This document shows, piece after piece, positions 50,055 through 59,029 of a stretch of DNA of 64,000 nucleotides. Positions within the stretch are counted from its first letter, which is position 1, and every line of letters begins with the position of its first letter. The position numbers and the translations under genes were made by a program. This DNA is from Vicinamibacterales bacterium (GTDB lineage: Bacteria > Acidobacteriota > Vicinamibacteria > Vicinamibacterales > SCN-69-37). The notes below the pieces were generated by a model that was given only the letters and a program-made list of their open reading frames with translations, was not told the DNA's origin and searched no databases. The DNA is taken from the NCBI GenBank assembly GCA_039925145.1, contig JBDSZL010000047.1, positions 5,216-69,215 of the forward strand, in the 5' to 3' direction.

Positions 50055-51341
50055 TTGATGACCACGCAGCCCAGGATCCTCCTCTTAACGGCGTACTACT
50101 TTCCGTTTCAGGGCGGCGTCGAGACACACGCCCGAGCGCTGGCCGGCTTCCTCGTGTCGGCTGGATTCTCGGTGTCCATCGTGACCCGGCAGGTCGATCG
50201 GACTTCGCCTCGCCGCGAACTCCTCGAAGGCGTGCCGGTGCATCGCGTCTGGCCGCGGGGGCCACGGACGGGCATTCGGAAGTTGTTGATGCTGCCTTCT
50301 GCAATCCTCGAGATTCTGCGCCTGCGACGCACGTTCGATGTGATCTACTGCCCGGGCTACCAGGGCATCGGCGTGGCTGCGCTGCTGTGCGGGAAGCTGC
50401 TGGGACGACCGGTGATCCTGCGTTCAGGCAATCTAGGCGTGCTCTACGGAAACAACTGGGACGCACCGCTCGCGCGGTGGCGCATCGACCCAGACATCGC
50501 CATCGTCCGGTGGCTCAAGGCCCGGGCGCGGCGCATGTACATGTCTGCCGACGCGCTGGTGTGTAACTGCCGCGACATCGAGCGCGAGGCCCTCGACTGC
50601 GGGATGCCCCGCGACCGAGTGCACTATCTGCCCAACGGGGTCGACCTTCAGCAGTATCACCCTGCGTCGGCCGCCGAACGAACCGACGTCCGCGCGGAAG
50701 AGGGATGGCCGGAGAACACGCTCGTGTGCGTGTACCTCGGAAGGCTGAGCGTCGAGAAGGGTGTGCTCGATCTGCTCCAGGCCTGGCGGACGGTGGCCCG
50801 GCCCGAACGGCTGCTCGTGCTGGTCGGACCTGACATGACGGGCAACGCGCTCGACGCCGGCCCGGCCGCGCGCGCCTTTGTCGCACGCCATGGCCTCGAG
50901 TCGGTCGTCAGGTTTCACGGCCCATGCGTCAGTCCGGCGCGGCTACTGCGCGGCGCCGACCTGTACACACAACCCTCCCATTACGAGGCATTCAGCAACG
51001 CCGTGATCGAAGCGATGGCTACAGGACTGCCGCTCGTGGCGTCGCGTGTCGGAGGGATGCTCGACTGTATCGACGACGAGCAGAACGGACTGCTCTGCAA
51101 TCCGGCGGATTCAACCGACCTCGCGCGCCAGTTGTCGAGGCTCGTCGACGATGCGCCAATCCGAGAGAGGCTGGGACGGCAGGCACGCGATCGCGTCGCG
51201 AACGACTTCGACAAGACAATCATCTTCCGGCGGTTTGCCGATCTGTTCGTCGCCGTTGCGAGGTCAGGCTCGGCTACGCGCGAGCGGCCGCCAGAGGCTG
51301 GCGCACCCCGAGAATCTCCCGATGCCAATGTTCGAGCATGA
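50055..51341 (+). CDS. Glycosyltransferase family 4
   Basis: RILLLTAYYFPFQGGVETH N-terminus and the EAFSNAVIEAMATGLPLV E-x7-E motif. The start is TTG 50055 or ATG 50058. Confidence 0.8.
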   Translation: MMTTQPRILLLTAYYFPFQGGVETHARALAGFLVSAGFSVSIVTRQVDRTSPRRELLEGVPVHRVWPRGPRTGIRKLLMLPSAILEILRLRRTFDVIYCPGYQGIGVAALLCGKLLGRPVILRSGNLGVLYGNNWDAPLARWRIDPDIAIVRWLKARARRMYMSADALVCNCRDIEREALDCGMPRDRVHYLPNGVDLQQYHPASAAERTDVRAEEGWPENTLVCVYLGRLSVEKGVLDLLQAWRTVARPERLLVLVGPDMTGNALDAGPAARAFVARHGLESVVRFHGPCVSPARLLRGADLYTQPSHYEAFSNAVIEAMATGLPLVASRVGGMLDCIDDEQNGLLCNPADSTDLARQLSRLVDDAPIRERLGRQARDRVANDFDKTIIFRRFADLFVAVARSGSATRERPPEAGAPRESPDANVRA

Positions 51342-53199
51342 GCAGCGCCCATAGCCTGGAGGCGTTGTTGCGCCGGCCACTCCGGTGGTCTTCGATAAGT
51401 CTCTCGACGGCTTCGCGGCGGAAGTAGCCTCGCTCGAGCGTCGCGGAGTCGAGCAGCACATCGCGCAGATATCCGTAGAGCTCCTGCCGGAGCCACTCGG
51501 CCAGCGGGATGCTGAACCCCATCTTGCGGCGGTACAGCGCGTCGCGCGGCACGATGTCTCGATACGCGGACTTCAGAATCTTCTTGTTCTCGGTCGACGT
51601 GACCTTCCAGGCACGCGGCAATGACGCGGCGAATTCCATGACCGCGACATCGAGCAATGGCGCGCGGGCTTCGAGCGACGCCGCCATGGATGCGATATCC
51701 ACCTTCACGAGCAGGGTGTCGGGCAGATACATGAGCGTATCGGTGCGGAGCGCACGATCGACGGGGTCTGGCCCCGTCTCGGCCGCGCTTGCCGCCATGA
51801 GGTCGAGGAGGTACCGGTCGGCGTTCGCGTCCCGGAGCCTGCCGGCGAACGCGGATGTGTAGAGCGCCTGGCGGTCTCCGGCCACGAACTCGCGCTGAGT
51901 GAACAGGTGCAGATTGAACGCGTCTGGCTCCTGCCGAGCCGCGTGCGTAAAACGGCGCACTTGCCGCAGCCAGGAATGGCGTTTCGATCCCTCGGGTAGC
52001 CAGCACGTCAGTCGCTCGGCCAGATCGCGCAGCCCTGGCGTGGTGAGGGCGCGATACGCTGCCTGGACGACGAGTGCCCGGTAGCGCTCGTAGCCGCCGA
52101 ACATTTCGTCGCCGCCGTCGCCGGTGAGCGCCACGGTGACCCGCTGCCGTGTGAGCCGGCTGACCTGATAGGTCGGCAACGCCGACGAGTCGGCAAACGG
52201 CTGATCGTAATGCCACGCCAACTTCGGGAGAATGTCGACTGTGTCGGGCTCGACGACGAACTCTTCGTGATCGGTGCCGAAGCGGTCGGCCACCATCCGG
52301 GCGTACCGCCGTTCATCGAACTGCTGGCGCGCGAAGCCGATGGAGAACGTCTTGACCCGCGTCGAGCTCTCTGCCATGGCGGCGACCACGACCGACGAGT
52401 CGACGCCGCCGGACAGAAACGCACCGAGCGGCACGTCGGCGATGAGCCGGGCGCGCGTCGCCTGCCCAATCAGGTCGCGTAGATGGTGCTGCGCCTCGTC
52501 GTAGGTCAGCGACGTCTTCGGCTGCCACCTGGCGGTCCAGTACGTCTCGATGCGAGGTTCGGTGCCAGGCGACCACGTGAGCGCGGATGCCGGAGGCAGC
52601 CGGAAGATGTGTTTGAAAATCGTCGTTGTTCCCGGCACGGCCGCATAGGCCAGGTACAAATCGAGCGAGTCCGGGTCGACCTCGCGCGGACAATTGGGCA
52701 ACGTCAGCAGCGCCTTGATCTCGGAGGCGAAGTACAACCCATCGCTGTCGCGGAACCAGTAGAGCGGCTTCTTGCCGATACGGTCGCGTGCAAGGAGAAG
52801 GCGTCTGCTATGGCTGTCCCAGAGGCCGAACGCGAACATGCCGTTCAGCTCGGGGAGCGCAGCGGTCCATTTCTCTTCGACGAGGTGTACGAGCGCCTCG
52901 GTGTCACTGCGCGTGCGAAAGCGATGCCCCCCGGATTCGAGTCGGGCGCGGAGTTCCTGAAAGTTGTAGATCTCACCGTTGAAGGTGATCCAGCACCGCT
53001 CGTGCTCGTCGGCCATCGGCTGGGCGCCGCCGGCGAGATCCACGATTGAGAGGCGCCGGTGCCCGAGGCCGCAGCCTGGCATCGCGCGGTGTCCCTCCCC
53101 GTCGGGGCCTCGATGGACCAGGGTATCCGTCATGGCTCTGAGCTGACGGACGTCGGGCGTCGATCCGTCGGCCGTGACAATGCCCGCGATGCCGCACAC
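51274..53199 (-). CDS. asnB: Asparagine synthase (glutamine-hydrolysing) family amidotransferase
   Basis: MCGIAGIV Ntn-Cys start and SGGVDSS PP-loop. Its location in a glycan locus suggests a sugar-amidating role; that part is inference. Confidence 0.85.
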   Translation of the reverse strand: MCGIAGIVTADGSTPDVRQLRAMTDTLVHRGPDGEGHRAMPGCGLGHRRLSIVDLAGGAQPMADEHERCWITFNGEIYNFQELRARLESGGHRFRTRSDTEALVHLVEEKWTAALPELNGMFAFGLWDSHSRRLLLARDRIGKKPLYWFRDSDGLYFASEIKALLTLPNCPREVDPDSLDLYLAYAAVPGTTTIFKHIFRLPPASALTWSPGTEPRIETYWTARWQPKTSLTYDEAQHHLRDLIGQATRARLIADVPLGAFLSGGVDSSVVVAAMAESSTRVKTFSIGFARQQFDERRYARMVADRFGTDHEEFVVEPDTVDILPKLAWHYDQPFADSSALPTYQVSRLTRQRVTVALTGDGGDEMFGGYERYRALVVQAAYRALTTPGLRDLAERLTCWLPEGSKRHSWLRQVRRFTHAARQEPDAFNLHLFTQREFVAGDRQALYTSAFAGRLRDANADRYLLDLMAASAAETGPDPVDRALRTDTLMYLPDTLLVKVDIASMAASLEARAPLLDVAVMEFAASLPRAWKVTSTENKKILKSAYRDIVPRDALYRRKMGFSIPLAEWLRQELYGYLRDVLLDSATLERGYFRREAVERLIEDHRSGRRNNASRLWALLMLEHWHREILGVRQPLAAARA

Positions 53200-53243
53200 G
53201 CCTCAAGGCTAACCCGGACGATTGGCGAAGGCCACCCGGCGTG

Positions 53244-54779
53244 TCATTCGGCCGGCGGGCACAAGTACCAGAGACTGACCTTTTCGGCGCCTGCGCACGG
53301 CTCCTCCGTGATGGTCAGCAGGCGCGCCGTCGCGGCGGCGGTCCGCTGGTATTCATCGATGCGCACCATGTCGGTCGAGGCGATCTTTACCTGTTCACGC
53401 GCGAGAAACGTGACCTTGTAGGCGCGCCAGTAACCGGCCTGCGCGGTGCGGATGCCGCGGGCCACCAGGCCGTCTGCCAGGTCGCGTGGCTCATTCGGCT
53501 CGCGTCCGCCCCAGTACCGGGAGACCTGTGCCGCGTGATCGATGGCGGATCCGGCCATCCACACGGCCAGTCCAGCTGCGGCCACGTACCGAAGCGCGGC
53601 CTTCGGTTCCAGCGCGAGCCACACCGCTGCAATTCCAACAGGCAGCAGCATCGTCAGCAGGATGTATCTGTAGACGACGTCCTCGGCGGGTCGTGTGGCG
53701 ATGTAGCCACCGGCAGCCAGAATGCCCACCGCGATCAGATACCAGCCGAAGAGCGATCTCGTAAACGCGCCGGGCGCCCGAAGGAGAATCCCAGCGCGTA
53801 AAAGCGCGAGGGTGAGACCGCCGAGCAACGGCCAGAACAGCCAGGCGTGCCCCTGCGTGCTGATGACATCGACGCGTCGTTGCGCGCCCCACAGTTCCGG
53901 AAGGTGACGCGTGAACATCGCCTGCGCCCGCGCGGGAAGTTCGGCGGGTGTGACTGCGATCCGGTCCATGATGTTGCCCACCTGCGAGTCGGCAAATCCG
54001 CGGATCAACTGCCCGCGCGTCCCCGGGCCCATCATGTCTGAGTAGGGCTGAAGCGCCTGAAGCACCTGCCACGTCGCCAGCGTCGCCACCATCGCCACGA
54101 GCCAGAATCGCCGGCGCTCCTCGCACTGCAGCGCGCCCTGTAACAACTCGACGCCAAGAAGTGCCACTACGGCGTAGATCGTGAACTCACGGTTGAGGAA
54201 CCCAATACCGAGCACGAGGCCGAACCAGAGCGGCCGACGCCTCAGCATCCAGAGCAACGGCACGTAGAGGAACGGACCGATGTTCGCGCCGGCTTCGATG
54301 AGCGATGCGCTCGTGAGCGGCGGCGCAAAGGCGAAGAAGACGACGGCGCCAAGCGCCTGCATCGGCGTCACGCCCCCCCATCGCACGAGGCAGCGGATCA
54401 GCAGCACGGCCGCCGCCATGTTCATCAGCACGAGCGCGGTATGAAGAGCCGTGACGGTCGGTCCCATCACGAGAAAAATCGGCGCAGCAACCCAGGCATC
54501 GACGACGAGCATGTAGGCCTGGCCGTAATAGAACAGGGGGAACGCCCGGCCCTCGACGAGGTGTTTTGCCATGAGCCCGACGATGGCCTGGTCCGAGTCG
54601 AAGAACGACTGTTCGTAGCAGAGGAAGATGAGGCTGCGTGCGAGGACCAGCGCGCACGCGATGGCGCTGGGGAGCAGCAAACATCGATCGGGCACGTTCG
54701 TGTCGGCCGGAACGCTTGCGACAGACGCCGTCTTCGAAGGAGCGTCCGCCCGTCCGCGCATTGTCGGGTATGCTAGCAC
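53244..54779 (-). CDS. Polytopic membrane protein, GT-C-like (GT39-like) putative glycosyltransferase
   Basis: 511 aa with many TM segments. The early loop reads FFDSDQAIVGLMAKHLVEGRAFPLFYYGQAY. ATG 54761 is an alternative start. Confidence 0.55.
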   Translation of the reverse strand: MLAYPTMRGRADAPSKTASVASVPADTNVPDRCLLLPSAIACALVLARSLIFLCYEQSFFDSDQAIVGLMAKHLVEGRAFPLFYYGQAYMLVVDAWVAAPIFLVMGPTVTALHTALVLMNMAAAVLLIRCLVRWGGVTPMQALGAVVFFAFAPPLTSASLIEAGANIGPFLYVPLLWMLRRRPLWFGLVLGIGFLNREFTIYAVVALLGVELLQGALQCEERRRFWLVAMVATLATWQVLQALQPYSDMMGPGTRGQLIRGFADSQVGNIMDRIAVTPAELPARAQAMFTRHLPELWGAQRRVDVISTQGHAWLFWPLLGGLTLALLRAGILLRAPGAFTRSLFGWYLIAVGILAAGGYIATRPAEDVVYRYILLTMLLPVGIAAVWLALEPKAALRYVAAAGLAVWMAGSAIDHAAQVSRYWGGREPNEPRDLADGLVARGIRTAQAGYWRAYKVTFLAREQVKIASTDMVRIDEYQRTAAATARLLTITEEPCAGAEKVSLWYLCPPAE

Positions 54780-54794
54780 GCTGTTTTTCCGCTG

Positions 54795-56615
54795 ATGCGC
54801 ACCGCTCTCCCCGCTCTGCGAGCCGCGTCCGGCGCTCTCGCGATTGCAGTCGCACTGGCGACGTTCGGCGCCTATCTACAGCAAAGTCCTCCGCAGACGG
54901 TTCTCGCCCCCGCTTGCCCGGCGGCCGCGGAACTGGCGGGTGTCGTCATCGCCCGAATGTGGCCGTCCGCGCCGCTCGGGCTGGTCGTGCTCCGAATCGA
55001 ACCGGTGATCACCGTCATAGGCCTGGCGGCGTTGCTCCTGCTGCTCGCCCGTCTGACCGCCAGTTGGATCGTTGCGGTCGCCATCGCAGGAGCGATGACG
55101 GCGCTGCCGTTGTTCTCACCAGTGCTCGCACCACTGCACGGGGCGACCTTTGCGGTTGTTGCGGTGACGATGCTGCTGCTGGTGCCGCAGGAGGGGACGT
55201 CACGGTCGCCGCTTCCCTTCTGGTCGGTCGTTGCGCTCGTTTGCACGGCGGCCGTCGTGCCTGCCGCGACGCTACCGCTTGCGGGTCTTGGGGCGTGGCT
55301 GACTCTACAGCGCGGGTCCGATGCTCGGCCCCGCCCTTCCCACGCGCTCCTCGTAGCAGCGATGATTGCCGCCTCGGCTGTGGCGGTGCGACTGCTGCTA
55401 CCCACTCTGCCATCGGGGTCCCGCGAATGGAGTTGTCTGGTCCCAGCCACAGGACGCCCCGTCGACCTGCTGGCAGCAATCGCCGCGCCGCTGAAGGATG
55501 CTGGGCCGTACGTGTGCGGGCTCGCCCTGTTGGCAGTGGTCGCGTGCCGAAAGCAGCTGGCCGGCCCCGCCGCCCGCCCCGTGATCGCCTACGGCGCGAT
55601 TCTGGCCGTCGCTGGTCTTGCTTCGCTCAGCGGTCCGACAATGGCCCGCGTGCCGCTGACCGTCGCTCTCTGGGTCGGTGCGGCAGTCGGCCTGCGTGAG
55701 CTCGTTCGCGGGTGTCGTCGCACGACCACCGGACATGTCGCAGCGACCGTGCTCGTCGTCCTCGTACCTCTGCTCGCGGTGTCGGCACGGATCCAGCAGC
55801 CCGTTGTGACGCCGCCCCAGTTCGGGCACGCGGCGCTGTCACGCGCGCAGCTCGCTCAGCTGCTTGACCGGTTGCCACCCGGTGCCGGTCTCGTGAGTGA
55901 GGATGCGGTCGTGGACGTGCTCCTGCGCAGCCGCGCGGGTGGAAGGATTGCGGCGTCCGATGCGCTCCACGTGATTCCGAGGGTGCCGGCCGAGATTGCT
56001 GCCGAGCTCCGTGCCGTCTCGGCGGGCGTCTTTGCGCTGCCGCTGGCCCAGGAGCAGTTGCAGCAGCTCGGCATGCGTCTGACCGACGTCGGCGCTGCGG
56101 CTGGGCTCGCGCGGGTGGACGTCGGTGGTGACTGCCGGCCGCTTCGAGGTTCATGGCGCACGCTCCCGAACCTCAGGGATGCGCAGGCGCTGACGATGGC
56201 CGCGCAGGCCGAGGGCGACACCGGGCCCGTCGTCGCATATCTGACTTTCGATGTGACGCCCTCGCCGGCAGCGCGGACCTGGCCGGCGCGCGCGCTGCGG
56301 GGATTCAACGTGACGCTCTATGACCTGTCGAACGACAGGGACTGGGCGGCGCTGCGGGCCGCATCGATCGATGACCAGGCGCCTCTGGATGTCGAGGTCG
56401 CCAGCCGGCGCGGCCACGTGCTCCGGCTCGAACAATGGCGGACGCCCGGGGCGCCACTGGCATTGACCACGGAGTTTCGCGCGGCGATCACTGGGGGCGT
56501 CGCGCGCTCGCTTGCGCCCGAGGCGGGCACCGATCGGCCAACGCGGCTCTCGCTATGTCCGGCCTTCCCGCACGAAGTCAGAGACTTTGACCGCCAAGGC
56601 AGTCGGGTGCCGTAG
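54795..56615 (+). CDS. Membrane protein of unknown function (N-terminal polytopic region + ~270-aa soluble C-terminal domain)
   Basis: 606-aa ORF with a hydrophobic N-terminal 330 aa. I recognise no family. Confidence 0.55.
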   Translation: MRTALPALRAASGALAIAVALATFGAYLQQSPPQTVLAPACPAAAELAGVVIARMWPSAPLGLVVLRIEPVITVIGLAALLLLLARLTASWIVAVAIAGAMTALPLFSPVLAPLHGATFAVVAVTMLLLVPQEGTSRSPLPFWSVVALVCTAAVVPAATLPLAGLGAWLTLQRGSDARPRPSHALLVAAMIAASAVAVRLLLPTLPSGSREWSCLVPATGRPVDLLAAIAAPLKDAGPYVCGLALLAVVACRKQLAGPAARPVIAYGAILAVAGLASLSGPTMARVPLTVALWVGAAVGLRELVRGCRRTTTGHVAATVLVVLVPLLAVSARIQQPVVTPPQFGHAALSRAQLAQLLDRLPPGAGLVSEDAVVDVLLRSRAGGRIAASDALHVIPRVPAEIAAELRAVSAGVFALPLAQEQLQQLGMRLTDVGAAAGLARVDVGGDCRPLRGSWRTLPNLRDAQALTMAAQAEGDTGPVVAYLTFDVTPSPAARTWPARALRGFNVTLYDLSNDRDWAALRAASIDDQAPLDVEVASRRGHVLRLEQWRTPGAPLALTTEFRAAITGGVARSLAPEAGTDRPTRLSLCPAFPHEVRDFDRQGSRVP

Positions 56616-56657
56616 CACGCGGCGCGCCCGTGGCTCGTCCACGCGTGTGAGGGCTGG

Positions 56658-57326
56658 CTAAAACTGGTAGCCGCCGCCGATGACCAACCGCGCGATGTTC
56701 GTGCGCTGGTCGCCGCCTCTGCTGCTCAGCAGGCGGGCGCTGGCGTCGCCGAACCACGTGCCGCGACGAAGAATCACGCCAACAGCCATTTCGGCCGCGA
56801 AGTCGTTCGACTCGCCGATTACGTCGCGCCCGAGCGTGACGCCGTACTGCGCCGCCGCATCGGTAATGTCCGTGCCCTGCAGCCGGAGCGTCGGTTTCAA
56901 CGTGGTGTGGCTGCCGCCGAGCGTCACCATCACATACGGCTCGAGTCGCATCTCCTGTTCGAACACCCAGCGGACGCCCAGTCCGCCGTAGCGCGTCTTG
57001 GCTGTCAGGTCGCTGGACGCGTCGGTATTCTGCCTCTGGCCGATGTATGTGGCGAGCGTTGCGACCTTGTCGAGCTGCCGCCGGCTCACCGCGTTGCCAA
57101 TCCACGCGAGTTCGCCCACCGCGTCGAGATTGCGCCACACGCGGCGTCCGCCCTCGAGCCCGCCGGTCGCGGAAAAGCTATCCACCACAGCGGTCCCGAT
57201 ATTGGCCCCCACGTACCAAAGCGAGCCGACTCCAGCGGAGCTGGCAGGTGCCGGCGTCTGCGCGCTCGCAGGCGCGGCCCAGAGGGCCAGGGACATCATC
57301 AGGATTACTCCGCACGTGCGCTTCAT
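56658..57326 (-). CDS. Outer-membrane beta-barrel protein (OmpW/OmpA-barrel-like)
   Basis: The start is set at ATG 57326 (MKRTCGVILMMSLALWAAPASAQ). It has an alternating beta-strand pattern and ends in GGGYQF. Confidence 0.7.
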   Translation of the reverse strand: MKRTCGVILMMSLALWAAPASAQTPAPASSAGVGSLWYVGANIGTAVVDSFSATGGLEGGRRVWRNLDAVGELAWIGNAVSRRQLDKVATLATYIGQRQNTDASSDLTAKTRYGGLGVRWVFEQEMRLEPYVMVTLGGSHTTLKPTLRLQGTDITDAAAQYGVTLGRDVIGESNDFAAEMAVGVILRRGTWFGDASARLLSSRGGDQRTNIARLVIGGGYQF

Positions 57327-57411
57327 CAAACACTCCTCCACTGTCGGACCGGCTCGCCGATCGGATGGCGGGCCGAACAATTCGGACCCATGGTAACAGA
57401 CAGATTCGAGC

Positions 57412-58374
57412 TTAACTGTCTTCGTCGCGCTCGAGAATTTGTCGAATCGCGTAGACCGGTTTGTTCTGCGATTCGTGATAGGTGCGGGCCTGCATCTCGG
57501 CCAGAAGGCCGACGGTGACGAATTGCACGCCCGTGATCATCAGGAGAATGGAGACCGAGAGCAACGGCCGGTTGCCGATCGCCTCTTCGTACATGAACTT
57601 GACGTAGGCCAGATAGCCGAGGAGCAACCCTCCGAGGGCGCCAATCGCCAATCCCATCACGCCGAACATCTGCAAGGGCCGTGTCGAGTAGCTGAGCAGG
57701 AACTTTACCGTGACCAGGTCGAGCACGACCCTGATCGTGCGCGAGATGCCGTACTTGGATCGGCCATGGATTCGGGCGCGGTGGTTGACGGGCTGTTCGG
57801 CGATCCGGACGCCCATCTCGCTCGCCAGCGCGGGCAGGAACCGGTGCAGTTCCCCATACAGTCGGAGCGGCTTGACGACCTCGGCGCGGAAGACCTTCAG
57901 TGAGCAGCCGTAGTCGTTCAGGCGCACACCGGTCGACCACGAGATGAGCCTGTTGGCCAACATGGACGGCAGACGACGGTTAATCCACGCGTCCTTTCGA
58001 TTCTTGCGCCACCCGCAGACGATGTCGAAGCCGTCTCGCTCGAGCCGATCCACCAGCGCGGGGATATCGGCGGGATCGTTTTGCAGGTCCCCATCGGATG
58101 TGACGATGAGCCGCCCGCGCGCGGCCGCAAAGCCAGCGGCAAACGCGGCCGTCTGTCCGAAGTTGCGACGGAACTGGATGACCCGCAGCCGCGCGTCGCG
58201 CGCCTGCAGCCGTCCCAGAATCTCGAACGAGTCGTCGCGGCTGCCGTCATCCACCAGGATGAGCTCGTACGGCCGGCCCCAGCGCGAAAGCGTGTCGGTG
58301 AGCTCGCGATAGAGCGCGTCGACGTTCAACGCCTCGTTGTACACCGGGATCACGACGGAGATATGTGGGGTCAC
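57412..58374 (-). CDS. GT2 polyprenyl-phosphate glycosyltransferase (ArnC/GtrB/DPM1-like)
   Basis: ISVVIPVYNE, LILVDDGSRDDS and SDGDLQNDP are present, plus two C-terminal TM helices. This matches the family architecture. Confidence 0.85.
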   Translation of the reverse strand: MTPHISVVIPVYNEALNVDALYRELTDTLSRWGRPYELILVDDGSRDDSFEILGRLQARDARLRVIQFRRNFGQTAAFAAGFAAARGRLIVTSDGDLQNDPADIPALVDRLERDGFDIVCGWRKNRKDAWINRRLPSMLANRLISWSTGVRLNDYGCSLKVFRAEVVKPLRLYGELHRFLPALASEMGVRIAEQPVNHRARIHGRSKYGISRTIRVVLDLVTVKFLLSYSTRPLQMFGVMGLAIGALGGLLLGYLAYVKFMYEEAIGNRPLLSVSILLMITGVQFVTVGLLAEMQARTYHESQNKPVYAIRQILERDEDS

Positions 58375-58389
58375 GGGGTGGCTGCCATT

Positions 58390-59010
58390 CTACTGTGCAG
58401 TGTTACCCTGCCGCCGGCGCCACACCAGCACCGCAATTCCGACGACGAGCACGCCGCCAGCCAGCCACATCGAGATAGCGGGCAGATTGTTGCGGATGTA
58501 GACGCTGGCCTGTTCGCCATACATATAGGCCAGCCAGGCCGTCGCGCCATAGCGGAACCCGCGACCGAGCGTCACCGCGATGAGGAACGTGCGCGGTTTG
58601 ATGTCCGCGATACCGGCCAGCAGAACGAACAGCTTGAACGGCATCGGTGGCGGCAACAGTGACGGCACGATGATCGCCAGAAGACCAAAACGCCGGAACA
58701 GCCGGAGGCCGCCCTCGATGTGGTTCGCCCGGAACTTGCGCCGGAGGAAGGCCTCTCCACCTTTGCGTCCGACGGAGTACAACGCAAAACAACCCGCGAC
58801 CGATCCGAGCGTCGTCATGGCGGCGAAGTACAGCCACTCGGACGGGGTCTTCACGGTCAGGATGATCACGAGCGCATCGCTCGCTTCTGGTAGCGACAGG
58901 AATGATGAGTCGAAGAACGCGATGAGGGTGAGCCCGGGGCCGCCCAGTCGCTCGGCGATCGGCTCGACGATCGCGATCAGGCGCTGCAGCAGCGCGGCGA
59001 GATGATGCAT
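58390..59010 (-). CDS. DedA/YqaA-family (VTT domain) membrane protein
   Basis: 206 aa. FFDSSFLSLPEASDALVI and the re-entrant-like GRGFRYG segment are typical of the YqaA/DedA superfamily. Confidence 0.7.
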   Translation of the reverse strand: MHHLAALLQRLIAIVEPIAERLGGPGLTLIAFFDSSFLSLPEASDALVIILTVKTPSEWLYFAAMTTLGSVAGCFALYSVGRKGGEAFLRRKFRANHIEGGLRLFRRFGLLAIIVPSLLPPPMPFKLFVLLAGIADIKPRTFLIAVTLGRGFRYGATAWLAYMYGEQASVYIRNNLPAISMWLAGGVLVVGIAVLVWRRRQGNTAQ

Positions 59011-59029
59011 CTACAATGAGGTCGGCCGC

